Assembly: GCA_022340485.1 (NCBI GenBank)
Contig: JAJDNX010000035.1
Location: 5,985-69,984 of the forward strand
Direction of reading: 5' to 3'
From: Gammaproteobacteria bacterium
Lineage (GTDB): Bacteria > Pseudomonadota > Gammaproteobacteria > UBA9214
DNA: 64,000 bases
Notes under the pieces: model-generated
The model's input: the letters and a program-made list of their open reading frames with translations, nothing else
The model's database searches: none
Told to the model about the DNA's origin: nothing
Program-made: the position numbers and the translations under genes
In this document: in pieces, positions 14,027 through 23,908 of the stretch
Layout of the letters: the number at the start of each line of letters is the position of its first letter
Position numbering within the stretch: the stretch's first letter is position 1

Positions 14027-15052
14027 CTAGTTGCTGGCGGTTAGCTGGCGGTAGCGCAGGATATCTTCCATGTACTGTTGCTCGATGCTGGTCTTTTCCT
14101 GCCGCTTGAGTGCAAGCAATTCCTCGTTTTGCGCGATACTTTCCTGAACATTCTTCATCTGGCCGAGTAATACCTCGGGGCGCTTCTGGTCGCGGCTCTC
14201 ATATTCAACGGCCTGGTCTGAGAGATCTGCGAGATGATCCTGCAAGGATTGTATTCGTTCACTGGTGAGGGTTATCAGTTCATTAATTGTGGCAAGCTTC
14301 TGGTCGCGCGCCAGTACGATGTCCTCTTCCCCTTTATAGCTCGTTAGCAGCGCGCGGTCATGAGGGGTCAGATCAACATTCAGTTTGTTCTTGGTCTCTT
14401 TGCGATTCGCAATCCGTTGTGCAGGAGTTTCGCGATCTTCCTTATCGGCAGTCAGTTCGATAAATCGACTGATATCGTCAGCAAATTGATTGCCTATTTC
14501 TTCCAGTTCCTGCTCTTTCTCCTGAATAAAACCCTCGTTCCTGGTGATCTGTGAACGCAGGTTGTTGATTTGGGTTTCCACTGTGTGTGGCAGCGGTTTG
14601 CCACTGCGTTCATAGCTTGCAGCCTCCTCGGTCAGGCTGTGCAGGCGCTGTTTCATGGACTCGATGCGGCTGTTGGTCAGTTGTAGCAGTGCTTCAATGG
14701 AAGCAACCCTGCCATCTCTTGCAAGCAGCATATCCTGTTCACTTGTATACGTGGCAAGCAGGCTGCGGTCGTGAATCGCGCGTTTCTCATCAAGTGCCTT
14801 TTGTCTGGCCTCCCGTTCAGCTGCCTCCTGTGCTGCCACCTTTTCATCCGGGGTCATGGCCGCTTCGTAGATCTTGACCGTACGACCCTGTTCGTTGATT
14901 TCCTTGCGCTCCTTATTGGCATACTCGGGCGGCACACGGTTGCCATAGTGAACCTGGCCCTCGCTGTCTACCCACTTGAACACGCGTTCAGCAACTGCAG
15001 TGGTCGTCATCAGCAGTGCCAAGAGCAAAATAAAATAGCGAAAATTCTTCAT
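14027..15052 (-). CDS. secreted DUF4124-domain protein with internally duplicated coiled-coil region
   Basis: Signal peptide (MKNFRYFILLLALLMTTTAVA). DUF4124-like VFKWVDSEGQVHYGNRVP. Two ~110-aa repeats (SLLATYTSEQDMLLARD... / ALLTSYKGEEDIVLARD...) rich in E/Q/R/L heptads. Confidence 0.7.
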   Translation of the reverse strand: MKNFRYFILLLALLMTTTAVAERVFKWVDSEGQVHYGNRVPPEYANKERKEINEQGRTVKIYEAAMTPDEKVAAQEAAEREARQKALDEKRAIHDRSLLATYTSEQDMLLARDGRVASIEALLQLTNSRIESMKQRLHSLTEEAASYERSGKPLPHTVETQINNLRSQITRNEGFIQEKEQELEEIGNQFADDISRFIELTADKEDRETPAQRIANRKETKNKLNVDLTPHDRALLTSYKGEEDIVLARDQKLATINELITLTSERIQSLQDHLADLSDQAVEYESRDQKRPEVLLGQMKNVQESIAQNEELLALKRQEKTSIEQQYMEDILRYRQLTASN

Positions 15053-15137
15053 GTGTAGCGGCTATCCCGTTGCCATACCTGTATTCTATCTAGCCAACTT
15101 CGCAAACATATCTTTCTGCGCAAATGCAGGAGTAGCG

Positions 15138-15893
15138 GTGAACACTCTGGATCAACTTACCCTGTTTGTCGTGTCCCTGGTGGCCAACCTGTTTTCAGCC
15201 TTTTCAGGTGGTGGTGCCGGGCTGATACAGCTGCCGGTACTGATTTTCATGGGACTGCCATTTGCAATTGCACTGGCGACTCACAAGGTTGCCAGTGTCG
15301 CTCTGGGTATCGGCGCGACCGTGAGGCACTTGAGGGAGCAACCGCTGGAGGGTCGCCTGACCCTGTATATCCTTGTGTTTGGTTTGCCCGGTGTCATTAC
15401 CGGTGCAAATATCATTCTTGATGTCCCGGAGCAATCTGCCAGGGTTGCATTGGGTATCCTGACCGCCGGACTGGGGGTTTACTCATGGCTGAATCCCGAT
15501 CTGGGACAGCAGTTGCAAGCAGTACATCGGGACCGGCATGGCCATATCATTGGCGGCATAGTGCTGTTTGTAATCGGGGCTCTGAATGGTTCACTGACAT
15601 CCGGTACCGGCTTATTCGTGACAATGTGGCTGGTCCGCTGGTTTGGGCTGGATTACCGACGTGCAATTGCCTACACGCTGATCCTGGTGGGGGTGTTCTG
15701 GAATGCGACCGGTGCCGTGACACTCGGGCTGCTTGCCGATATCCGCTGGTCGTGGCTCCCGGCGCTGCTGCTCGGGTCATTGGTAGGTGGCTATCTCGGT
15801 GCACATCTGGCCATCAAGTCCGGTAATCGCTGGATCAAGCGTGTTTTTGAGATAGTGACCCTGCTGGTGGGAGCCAAGTTGATAGTTGGCTGA
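15138..15893 (+). CDS. sulfite exporter TauE/SafE (TSUP) family membrane protein
   Basis: Multi-TM with internal duplication typical of TSUP/DUF81. GTG start at VNTLDQ preceded by gcaggag RBS. The tool ORF starts earlier at 15051. Confidence 0.75.
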   Translation: MNTLDQLTLFVVSLVANLFSAFSGGGAGLIQLPVLIFMGLPFAIALATHKVASVALGIGATVRHLREQPLEGRLTLYILVFGLPGVITGANIILDVPEQSARVALGILTAGLGVYSWLNPDLGQQLQAVHRDRHGHIIGGIVLFVIGALNGSLTSGTGLFVTMWLVRWFGLDYRRAIAYTLILVGVFWNATGAVTLGLLADIRWSWLPALLLGSLVGGYLGAHLAIKSGNRWIKRVFEIVTLLVGAKLIVG

Positions 15894-15944
15894 GCAGGTT
15901 TCCATACCCCATCTGTGAAAAGGGACTGTATTAGAGAGCCGCTT

Positions 15945-16586
15945 CTATATCCCGTACTGTTCGCGATAGGCTTCAATCTTGTTTACAGCTTCATTGTATT
16001 CCGGCTTGGAATGTAAATATTCCAGCAAATTGGTCAGCGTCACAATGCTAGTCACAGTAATACCGAGGGATTCCTCGACCTCCTGTATCGCAGAGCGCCG
16101 GTCACGACCGCGCTCCTGCCGGTCAAGTGCAATGACCACGCCGGCAAGTATGGCGCCGGCGTCCTGAATGATATCAACCGATTCACGTATTGCCGTGCCG
16201 GCAGTAATGACATCATCGATAATCAGTATTTTTCCTGACAAGCCGGCGCCGACCAGATTACCGCCTTCGCCGTGATCTTTGGCTTCCTTGCGATTAAAAC
16301 ACCAGGGTACGTTGTGTTGATGATGGTCAGCCAGGGCAATACTGGTCGCTGTCGCCAGCGGGATACCCTTATAGGCAGGTCCAAACAGGACATCAAAATC
16401 CAGGTGGCTGTCAGTTATAGCCCGTGCGTAACAGCGGCCAAGTCGTGCCAGTTGTTCACCGGTATTGAACAGGCCGGCGTTGAAGAAGTAGGGACTGGTT
16501 CTGCCCGATTTCAGCGTGAAGTCGCCAAATCGTAGTACGCCGGCACTGATCGCAAAGTCGATAAAGTCATGCTGGTAGTCTTTCAT
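15945..16586 (-). CDS. pyrE: orotate phosphoribosyltransferase
   Basis: [13 protein letters not shown]...[17 protein letters not shown] and PRPP motif [12 protein letters not shown]. 213 aa. Confidence 0.93.
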   Translation of the reverse strand: MKDYQHDFIDFAISAGVLRFGDFTLKSGRTSPYFFNAGLFNTGEQLARLGRCYARAITDSHLDFDVLFGPAYKGIPLATATSIALADHHQHNVPWCFNRKEAKDHGEGGNLVGAGLSGKILIIDDVITAGTAIRESVDIIQDAGAILAGVVIALDRQERGRDRRSAIQEVEESLGITVTSIVTLTNLLEYLHSKPEYNEAVNKIEAYREQYGI

Positions 16587-16655
16587 GGGCAGTTACTGGT
16601 CGTTATTGCAGGTCGGGATCGCTATCATACACGCCGGATCCTGTTGGTGAGAACC

Positions 16656-17429
16656 ATGCGAATTATTACCATCAATGTGAACGGCATACGCTCGGCCGCC
16701 CAAAAAGGCTTTTTTCAGTGGATGACCAGGCAGCAAGCAGATGTGGTCTGTATCCAGGAAACCAGGGCACAGTTGCATCAGCTGCAAGACAAGGTGTTTT
16801 TTCCACGCGGCTGGCATGTGAGTTTCCACGATGCTGAAAAAAAGGGCTATAGCGGTGTGGCTATATACAGCAGACGCAAGCCCGACAAGCTTATCTCGGG
16901 CCTGGGCTGGGCGGATATGGATGCCGAAGGACGATACATTGAGGCACGCTACGGCGCCTTGAGTATCATATCTGTCTATCTGCCATCGGGTTCTTCCAGT
17001 GAGGATCGACAGGCCATCAAGTTCAGTTTCCTGGAGCGTTTTATGCCTTATTTGCGTGGACTCAGGCTAAAACGTCGTGAATATATTCTCTGTGGCGACT
17101 GGAATATTGCCCACAAGGAAATCGATTTGAAGAACTGGCGTGGCAATAAAAAGAACTCCGGTTTTTTGCCTGAGGAACGTGCGTGGATGGATCAGCTATT
17201 TGGACCGGCGGGCTATGTAGATGCATTTCGTGTGGTGAATCAGGATCCTGATCAATATACCTGGTGGTCAAACCGTGGTCAGGCCTGGGCCAAGAATGTC
17301 GGTTGGCGCATTGACTACCAGATTACAACCCCGGGTATTGCAGAGACAGTCCAGGGGGCACGAATCTACAAGGAGAAACGCTTTTCCGATCATGCGCCCT
17401 TGATTATGGATTATGACTACGATCTGTAG
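16656..17429 (+). CDS. xth: exodeoxyribonuclease III (Xth/ExoA family AP endonuclease)
   Basis: MRIITINVNGIRS, CIQETRA, CGDWNIAHKEIDLKNW and SDHAPL motifs. Catalytic Asp/Asn/His retained, unlike the Crc paralogue that occupies this position next to pyrE in Pseudomonas. Confidence 0.88.
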   Translation: MRIITINVNGIRSAAQKGFFQWMTRQQADVVCIQETRAQLHQLQDKVFFPRGWHVSFHDAEKKGYSGVAIYSRRKPDKLISGLGWADMDAEGRYIEARYGALSIISVYLPSGSSSEDRQAIKFSFLERFMPYLRGLRLKRREYILCGDWNIAHKEIDLKNWRGNKKNSGFLPEERAWMDQLFGPAGYVDAFRVVNQDPDQYTWWSNRGQAWAKNVGWRIDYQITTPGIAETVQGARIYKEKRFSDHAPLIMDYDYDL

Positions 17430-17837
17430 TCTGTAGTATGAAAAGACTGACTGGTTGTCAATTACCGGCTAGTCAGGGTACTGATGTGGCAGTCCCGAGA
17501 ACATCAGGAGTCGTTCCTCAAAGCTGGTGTTGCAGAGCCTTCGATCACTCATCCTGCGTCGATTGGTAATAACGATATGACCGCTGGAATCCCGGAGTGG
17601 AAATTCGGTATCCGGCCCCCAACGGCGCTGACCTCTTGAACGTTTTTCTTTGGTTGCATTCCTCATATTTATACATCATAGACTATGCGGGTTTAATGGC
17701 AAAGATAAACACCATGAACTGTAGTGGAATGTGTCTGCCCTGATGCCGTGGAGGTGTTTGATTGTCTTTACTCCTCATGCTGCTGCTGAGAGGGGCTGTA
17801 CTGACACAAGCCGGCTGGGATTGTGACATCTAGCGTG

Positions 17838-19334
17838 TCAGTGTGGCTCCCATACCTGATGTTGTTCTGTATACAACATCATTTTCTTCACCCATGGCAA
17901 TAATAAAAAGGCCGGAAAGGCGAGAAAGAAGGTCAGCATGAAATAATCAGCATAACCCAGAGCCTCGGCACCGTAGCCGCCCGCCCAGCCGGAGAGGGAA
18001 CGACTCAGGGCGAACACGGACGATAGTAGCGCATATTCCGTTGCCGAATGATGCTTGTTGACAATGGCCATCAGGAACGCAAGAAAGGCCGCTGTACCGA
18101 GTCCTCCGCAAAATGATTCAAGGGCACTGGCAGAATACATCATGGCCTGGTAATTAATGGCTATAGGTGTGCCGGATTCTGCTGCAGGAATAGCCGCTGC
18201 TACCCAGGCATATCCGAGATTCGAGACGGCCTGCAGTAGGCCAAGTATCCACAGCCCTTTGAATATCCCCATGCGATCAGTAAACCAGCCGCCGGCAATA
18301 CCGCCTGCAATCGAAAGTGCCAGTCCGATGTTCACCGATACCAGGCCGATCTGGGTAGCGCTGAAGCCGCTGTCTACCCAGAAGGGCTTGATCATAAAGC
18401 CCATGGCGGTGTCGCCAAGTTTGAAAATCAGGATGAACAGGATGGTTGGTAAAATGTAGGGACGCTGCAACATGGCCAGCAGTGTGCCGAACATGGGGCC
18501 TTCGGTAACCGGTGTGTACCTTTCCGGGGTGCGGCCTTTCGCGAGAAGCCTGTTATAGATGTTGCTGAACAGGATCAACAAGGCCGCCGCCAGTAGCGCA
18601 TACCACCAGAAAGATTCGATACTTGCCGACCATTTCGTGGCCCGATTGACGAGCCACAAAGCTCCCAGCAAGAATCCGACGACGACCGAGAATGCAGCCG
18701 GGTGGGTGAGCAAGGTCTTGAATTCGTGTACCAGTGACACACTCCCGGCGGGGTTGATGTTTCGCTCCCGGGGTGCGTTAAGGCATGCAAACCCGACAAC
18801 TGCCAGGATAATCGCACCGGCGGTATAGGTACCCGTCCAGCCCAGATAATCGGTCAGGATCAGAATAAAACCGGAGGCCAGCATACCCACACGATAGAAG
18901 GCAATACGCATACCGTTGGCCACTCCCAGCTCACGTTTGCTGAGCATCTCGATGGTGAATCCATCGATGGCAATGTCATTGGTCGCTGATAATAGTGTGA
19001 ATACACCGATGGCGATCCAGACCCAATTACCAAACTCGGCATGGATGGCGAACAGCAGCATGATTCCACCCATCAACAGATCGACGGCAAACATCCAGCG
19101 CCGGTGATGCCGGAAATGGTCGATAGCAGGGGCCCAGAGGAACTTGAGTGTCCAGGACAGACCCAACAGGCTCAGAAAGCCGATTTCACTAAGGTCTACA
19201 CCTTCCTGGCGAAAGTGCACGGGAAAGACGTCGTAGAACACGCCGAGGGGGAAACCCTCGGCGAAATAGAGGATGCCAATCCAGAACAGCTTCGAGCGGA
19301 GTAGTGCCGATGGTGTTTCTGTACTTGCGTGCAA
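17838..19334 (-). CDS. ampG: MFS transporter, AmpG/muropeptide permease-like (PAT family)
   Basis: 498 aa, 12+ TM. N-terminal FAEGFPLGVF...LKFLWAPAIDHF resembles the AmpG signature (FKFLWSP). Confidence 0.7.
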   Translation of the reverse strand: MHASTETPSALLRSKLFWIGILYFAEGFPLGVFYDVFPVHFRQEGVDLSEIGFLSLLGLSWTLKFLWAPAIDHFRHHRRWMFAVDLLMGGIMLLFAIHAEFGNWVWIAIGVFTLLSATNDIAIDGFTIEMLSKRELGVANGMRIAFYRVGMLASGFILILTDYLGWTGTYTAGAIILAVVGFACLNAPRERNINPAGSVSLVHEFKTLLTHPAAFSVVVGFLLGALWLVNRATKWSASIESFWWYALLAAALLILFSNIYNRLLAKGRTPERYTPVTEGPMFGTLLAMLQRPYILPTILFILIFKLGDTAMGFMIKPFWVDSGFSATQIGLVSVNIGLALSIAGGIAGGWFTDRMGIFKGLWILGLLQAVSNLGYAWVAAAIPAAESGTPIAINYQAMMYSASALESFCGGLGTAAFLAFLMAIVNKHHSATEYALLSSVFALSRSLSGWAGGYGAEALGYADYFMLTFFLAFPAFLLLPWVKKMMLYTEQHQVWEPH

Positions 19335-19442
19335 GTTATTCTTTCATGTGGGCAACAGTCGCCTTGGTTTTGCAGGTGAATGAACGATATCTGCTATCAA
19401 ACCGGGAGATCGCTGGCTTGGACGCGGACCGGTTATGGGTAT

Positions 19443-19892
19443 TTATTGTGTATAGAAGTCCTGACTGAAACGGACCTCAACAGTTTCCTGTGACCCCTCA
19501 GGACGAGCCTGGATATTGAAATTTAATGTTTCCTCGTTGGCGACACCAAACTCGCCTATATAGTAGATTGCATTACCCTCGCGTATTTCACGCATACTGA
19601 TCGCACGACCCTGACCGGCCAGATTGAGGGCATTTACTTCAATGTGGGCATGTACGGGCTGTCCGGGGCTGCTGAGCACTTTCTTCAGGACGGTGATATT
19701 AATCATGCCGCGGTTTTGACTGCGTGTAATACGGTATTTGCGTGCGACCTCAGGCGGCACCATGTCGGTAGCCATGGCGTTGTAGTGAATTACGTATTCA
19801 CCGAAGTCCTTGGAATTTTCGGCAATTGCTGAGATTGGAAGCAGCAGTACCAGGCCGAATAACCATGACGCTACTTGTTTCACTGGATGCAT
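19443..19892 (-). CDS. periplasmic DUF4426-like protein
   Basis: Signal peptide MHPVKQVASWLFGLVLLLPISAIA; 149 aa. Adjacent to yggT as in Pseudomonas. Confidence 0.55.
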   Translation of the reverse strand: MHPVKQVASWLFGLVLLLPISAIAENSKDFGEYVIHYNAMATDMVPPEVARKYRITRSQNRGMINITVLKKVLSSPGQPVHAHIEVNALNLAGQGRAISMREIREGNAIYYIGEFGVANEETLNFNIQARPEGSQETVEVRFSQDFYTQ

Positions 19893-20015
19893 ATTGTTCC
19901 CTCCATATAACTGTTGTCTTTAGATGAATGTGGCAAATTTTCTCTGTTTGCCGGGTTTAACCCAAGATGAGACAAGCTCCCCTGCCAGTTTGTGCAATAT
20001 CTCAGGGTGTGCACA

Positions 20016-20570
20016 TTAACCCAGCAGTGGCAGGATCAGCATTCTTACTACCTGCAAGCCGATTATCGCAACCAGTGGCGATAGATCAATACCGGAGATC
20101 GGCGGCACCAGGCGTTGAATCGGGCGCATGATCGGGCTGGTTATGCTGTAGAGCATTGCCGTTACGGGGTTATAGCTACCCGGATTGATCCAGCTGAGAA
20201 TGACCTGGATGATGATGGAGAACATGAATATGTTGATTAGCAGCAGCAGGAGTTCAGCAACGGCTGTTACCAGCAGGGCAACAACAGAGATACTGATACC
20301 GCGTAACATGAAAACAATGCTGAGTGATATCATTTGCAGCAGCAACATTAACAGTAGGGCCGAGGTGTCAAATTTGCCGAGACTGGGGATCACCTTGCGC
20401 ATTGGCACTAGCAGGGGGTTGGTAATACGTACCAGGAACTGGCTTACCGGGTTGTAGAAATCGGCACGTACTGCACCCAGTAGGAAGCGCAGCATGACGG
20501 CGAGTATGTAGAGACTGAAGAGAGTGCTTACCAGAAATTCCAGTGGATTCGCCAAATAGCCGGCGTTCAT
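20016..20570 (-). CDS. yggT: YggT family membrane protein
   Basis: 184 aa, duplicated YGGT repeats, immediately downstream of proC (4-nt overlap). Confidence 0.8.
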   Translation of the reverse strand: MNAGYLANPLEFLVSTLFSLYILAVMLRFLLGAVRADFYNPVSQFLVRITNPLLVPMRKVIPSLGKFDTSALLLMLLLQMISLSIVFMLRGISISVVALLVTAVAELLLLLINIFMFSIIIQVILSWINPGSYNPVTAMLYSITSPIMRPIQRLVPPISGIDLSPLVAIIGLQVVRMLILPLLG

Positions 20571-21397
20571 TGATTGTCCCCAAATTCTTTTGCCAGTTCG
20601 CGAGAACGTTCTGCAGCGGTATGCACTGCCTTGCTGACAAGTTCACCAAAGCCGCCTTCTAGCAAAATCTTGATGGCGCGTTCCGTAGTGCCACCGGGTG
20701 AGGTGACTCGTTGTCGCAGCATCGTAGCGTCTTCCTCGCTCTCCAGTGCCATCTTTGCGGCACCAAAGGCAGTCTGGAGTGCCAAAAGGTATGCGGTTTC
20801 CCTGCAAAGACCCAGCTCCAGTCCGGCGGCCTGTAATGCCTCTATAAACAGGAATATATAGGCAGGACCACTCCCTGAAAGTGCCGTTACTGCATCCATC
20901 ATGGCTTCGTCATCCACCCAGATAACGATACCCACCGCGCGCAGTATGGATTCTGCAACACTACGTTGGTCATCTTTCACATAGGGGTTTGCGTACATCC
21001 CTGTAGCGCCGCTCTGCACCATGGCCGGGGTGTTGGGCATACTGCGCACGATGGCTGTTTCTTCCCCCAGCCACTGGCGCAGTGTGGGTTCAGTAATGCC
21101 CGCAGCGATCGAGATCACCAGAGGTTGTTGCTTTGAGATGCTGGCAGCAAGCGATTGCACGGCGTCTTTCATAACCTGTGGTTTCACTGCCAGTACAACC
21201 ACATCGGCACCTTCCACGGCGCGATTGTTGTCTGTTGTCGTTGTGACCGGAAATCGTTGTGAAAGTCTTTCCAGTTGCCGTGCGTCCGTATCGGAAACGC
21301 GGATACTGGCAGGATTCCAGCCGTCAGCGATCAGGCCGCCAATCAGGCTGCCTGCCATGTTGCCTCCACCAATAAAACTCAGGGTCGTATTGTTCAT
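20567..21397 (-). CDS. proC: pyrroline-5-carboxylate reductase
   Basis: NAD(P)-binding SFIGGGNMAGSLIGGL and C-terminal P5CR signature SPGGTTERAI. Confidence 0.93.
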   Translation of the reverse strand: MNNTTLSFIGGGNMAGSLIGGLIADGWNPASIRVSDTDARQLERLSQRFPVTTTTDNNRAVEGADVVVLAVKPQVMKDAVQSLAASISKQQPLVISIAAGITEPTLRQWLGEETAIVRSMPNTPAMVQSGATGMYANPYVKDDQRSVAESILRAVGIVIWVDDEAMMDAVTALSGSGPAYIFLFIEALQAAGLELGLCRETAYLLALQTAFGAAKMALESEEDATMLRQRVTSPGGTTERAIKILLEGGFGELVSKAVHTAAERSRELAKEFGDNQ

Positions 21398-21723
21398 GCA
21401 ATGGACGATACAGGATGAAACCGGCGCTCGACAAGCGCTCCCGGAATGAAAGCCGGCGACTGTTTTGCGACACCGGAATCATACCTTCACTGCTCCCGTC
21501 AGGATAGTTTCTGTTGCTGAATAATGACGGGTTACTGGGCCATTATGAGGCATACTTCCTGCCTGAATGACTCATCGGCTAATGCTGACCTCTTTTGCGG
21601 TTAAGGCAGCTGCCTCCTTGTGGTTTGTGAGGATAGACAAGTTGTCGATATAGAACGTATTTTCAAGTATCCGGTGTCCTTGTCGATATCAGGGTGACGT
21701 GAAATTTATGCATGGGAGTTGGC

Positions 21724-22761
21724 ATGGATATAGCTGAGTTACTGACCTTTAGTGTTAAAAACGGCGCATCAGATTTACACCTGTCTGCCGGGCTGCCGCC
21801 GATGATTCGGGTAGACGGTGATATGCGCAAGGTCAATGTTCCCGCTCTGGATCATAAAACGGTCCATGGGCTTGTCTACGACATCATGAACGACAAGCAA
21901 CGCAAGGACTATGAAGAGTTCCTGGAAACAGACTTTTCATTTGAAATCCCTGAGCTTGCACGTTTCCGTGTCAATGCGTTTAACCAAAATCGCGGTGCTG
22001 GTGCAGTTTTTCGTACCATTCCTTCTGAAATTCTGACTCTTGAGGACCTGGGGACGCCTGGAATTTTCAAGGAAATTGCCGATACACCCCGTGGTCTGGT
22101 GCTGGTGACCGGCCCCACAGGTTCCGGTAAGTCCACCACGCTGGCGGCAATGATTGACTATATAAACAGCATGTCTTATGCCCATATCCTGACGATTGAA
22201 GATCCGATCGAGTTTGTGCATCAGAGCAAAAAGTGTCTGCTTAACCAGCGGGAGGTTCATCGGGATACCCTTGGCTTCAATGAAGCCCTGCGTTCAGCAT
22301 TGCGTGAGGATCCGGATATCATCCTGGTGGGTGAGATGCGAGACCTTGAAACGATCCGCCTGGCTTTGACGGCCGCCGAGACAGGGCATCTCGTATTTGG
22401 CACCCTGCACACAACCTCGGCAGCGAAAACCATAGACCGTGTCATCGATGTATTCCCGGCGGCAGAGAAAACCATGGTGCGATCCATGCTTTCGGAGTCG
22501 CTGCGTGCCGTAATCGCCCAGACCCTGATGAAGAAAGTCGGGGGTGGCCGTATTGCAGCCTGGGAAATCATGATCGGCACGCCGGCAATTCGCAATCTCA
22601 TACGTGAGGACAAGGTGGCGCAAATGTATTCCGCGATCCAGACAGGCAGTGCAGCCGGTATGACTACGCTGGATCAATATCTGCAGGATCTTTTGTCCAA
22701 GGGGCTTATCACAAAGCAGGATGCACGTGCTAAGGCTGTCATCAAGGAAACCTTCCGCTAA
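21724..22761 (+). CDS. pilT: type IV pilus retraction ATPase PilT
   Basis: MDIAELLTFSV..., Walker A GPTGSGKST, AIRNLIRE motif. 345 aa. Confidence 0.93.
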   Translation: MDIAELLTFSVKNGASDLHLSAGLPPMIRVDGDMRKVNVPALDHKTVHGLVYDIMNDKQRKDYEEFLETDFSFEIPELARFRVNAFNQNRGAGAVFRTIPSEILTLEDLGTPGIFKEIADTPRGLVLVTGPTGSGKSTTLAAMIDYINSMSYAHILTIEDPIEFVHQSKKCLLNQREVHRDTLGFNEALRSALREDPDIILVGEMRDLETIRLALTAAETGHLVFGTLHTTSAAKTIDRVIDVFPAAEKTMVRSMLSESLRAVIAQTLMKKVGGGRIAAWEIMIGTPAIRNLIREDKVAQMYSAIQTGSAAGMTTLDQYLQDLLSKGLITKQDARAKAVIKETFR

Positions 22762-22782
22762 TCATTTGTTGGGAGAAAGGCT

Positions 22783-23901
22783 ATGGATTTATCAACACTG
22801 CTGAAACTGATGGGTGAAAAAGGTGCCTCCGATCTTTTTTTAACGGCTGGTGTTCCTCCCACCATGAAAGTGAATGGCAAGACGGTGGCTGTCTCGAAAG
22901 AGGCCCTCTCTCCCGAGGACGCCATGGACATCGTCACCAGCATGATGACACCGGCACAGCGTGACGAGTTCGAGGCAACGCATGAATGCAACTTTGCGGT
23001 TAGCGAGGAAGGCGTAGGCCGTTTTCGCGCCAGCGCATTTATACAGCGAGGCCAGGCTGGTGCAGTATTGCGTCGCATTGAAACCTATATACCGACCATG
23101 GAAGAACTGAACTTGCCGCCAATCCTGAAGAATCTGGCAATGACGAAGCGCGGCCTGATTATCTTCATTGGTGCAACCGGTACCGGTAAATCAACGTCGC
23201 TGGCGGCCATGCTCGGCTATCGTAACAAGAATGGCACCGGCCATATTATTACAATCGAGGATCCAATTGAGTATGTACATGATCACGATGGCTGCATCGT
23301 GACACAGCGTGAAGTGGGTATCGACACGGAATCCTATGAGACGGCACTGAAGAACACACTGCGCCAGGCGCCGGATGTGATCCTGATTGGTGAGATTCGT
23401 GACCGTGAGACCATGAATCATGCCATTGCCTTCGCAGAAACCGGTCACTTGTGCCTGGCAACACTGCACGCCAATAATGCCAATCAGGCGATGGACCGCA
23501 TCATTAACTTTTTCCCCGAGGACCGCCGGCCACAGCTGTTTATGGATTTGTCCATGAATCTGAAGGCCTTCCTTGCCCAGCAATTGATACCCCGGGCAGA
23601 CGGTAACGGACGGCGGGTGTGCGTTGAGATCCTGTTGGGTACTCCGCTTGTACAGGATGTGGTTCGCAAGGGTGAAGTACACAAGCTGAAAGAACTGATG
23701 AAGCAGTCTTCACAGCAAGGCATGATTACATTCGACCAGGCCCTGTTTGAATTGTACAAGGCCGGCGAGATCAGCTATGACGATGCCTTGCACTATGCTG
23801 ATTCTGCCAACGAAGTGCGTTTGATGGTCAAGCTGGACAAGGGTGACGTCAAGCAATACGCTGCTGCCATGGATGACATCTTCCTGGTGGAAGAGGATTA
23901 G
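22783..23901 (+). CDS. pilU: type IV pilus ATPase PilU (PilT paralogue)
   Basis: 372 aa, Walker A GATGTGKST, directly downstream of pilT. Confidence 0.9.
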   Translation: MDLSTLLKLMGEKGASDLFLTAGVPPTMKVNGKTVAVSKEALSPEDAMDIVTSMMTPAQRDEFEATHECNFAVSEEGVGRFRASAFIQRGQAGAVLRRIETYIPTMEELNLPPILKNLAMTKRGLIIFIGATGTGKSTSLAAMLGYRNKNGTGHIITIEDPIEYVHDHDGCIVTQREVGIDTESYETALKNTLRQAPDVILIGEIRDRETMNHAIAFAETGHLCLATLHANNANQAMDRIINFFPEDRRPQLFMDLSMNLKAFLAQQLIPRADGNGRRVCVEILLGTPLVQDVVRKGEVHKLKELMKQSSQQGMITFDQALFELYKAGEISYDDALHYADSANEVRLMVKLDKGDVKQYAAAMDDIFLVEED

Positions 23902-23908
23902 TACTTGG

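Noticed and set aside
16656-17429. Crc (catabolite repression control) instead of Xth
   Set aside because: The catalytic GDWN/AH/SDHAP residues are intact and resemble ExoA, whereas Crc proteins have lost them. Called as exonuclease III.
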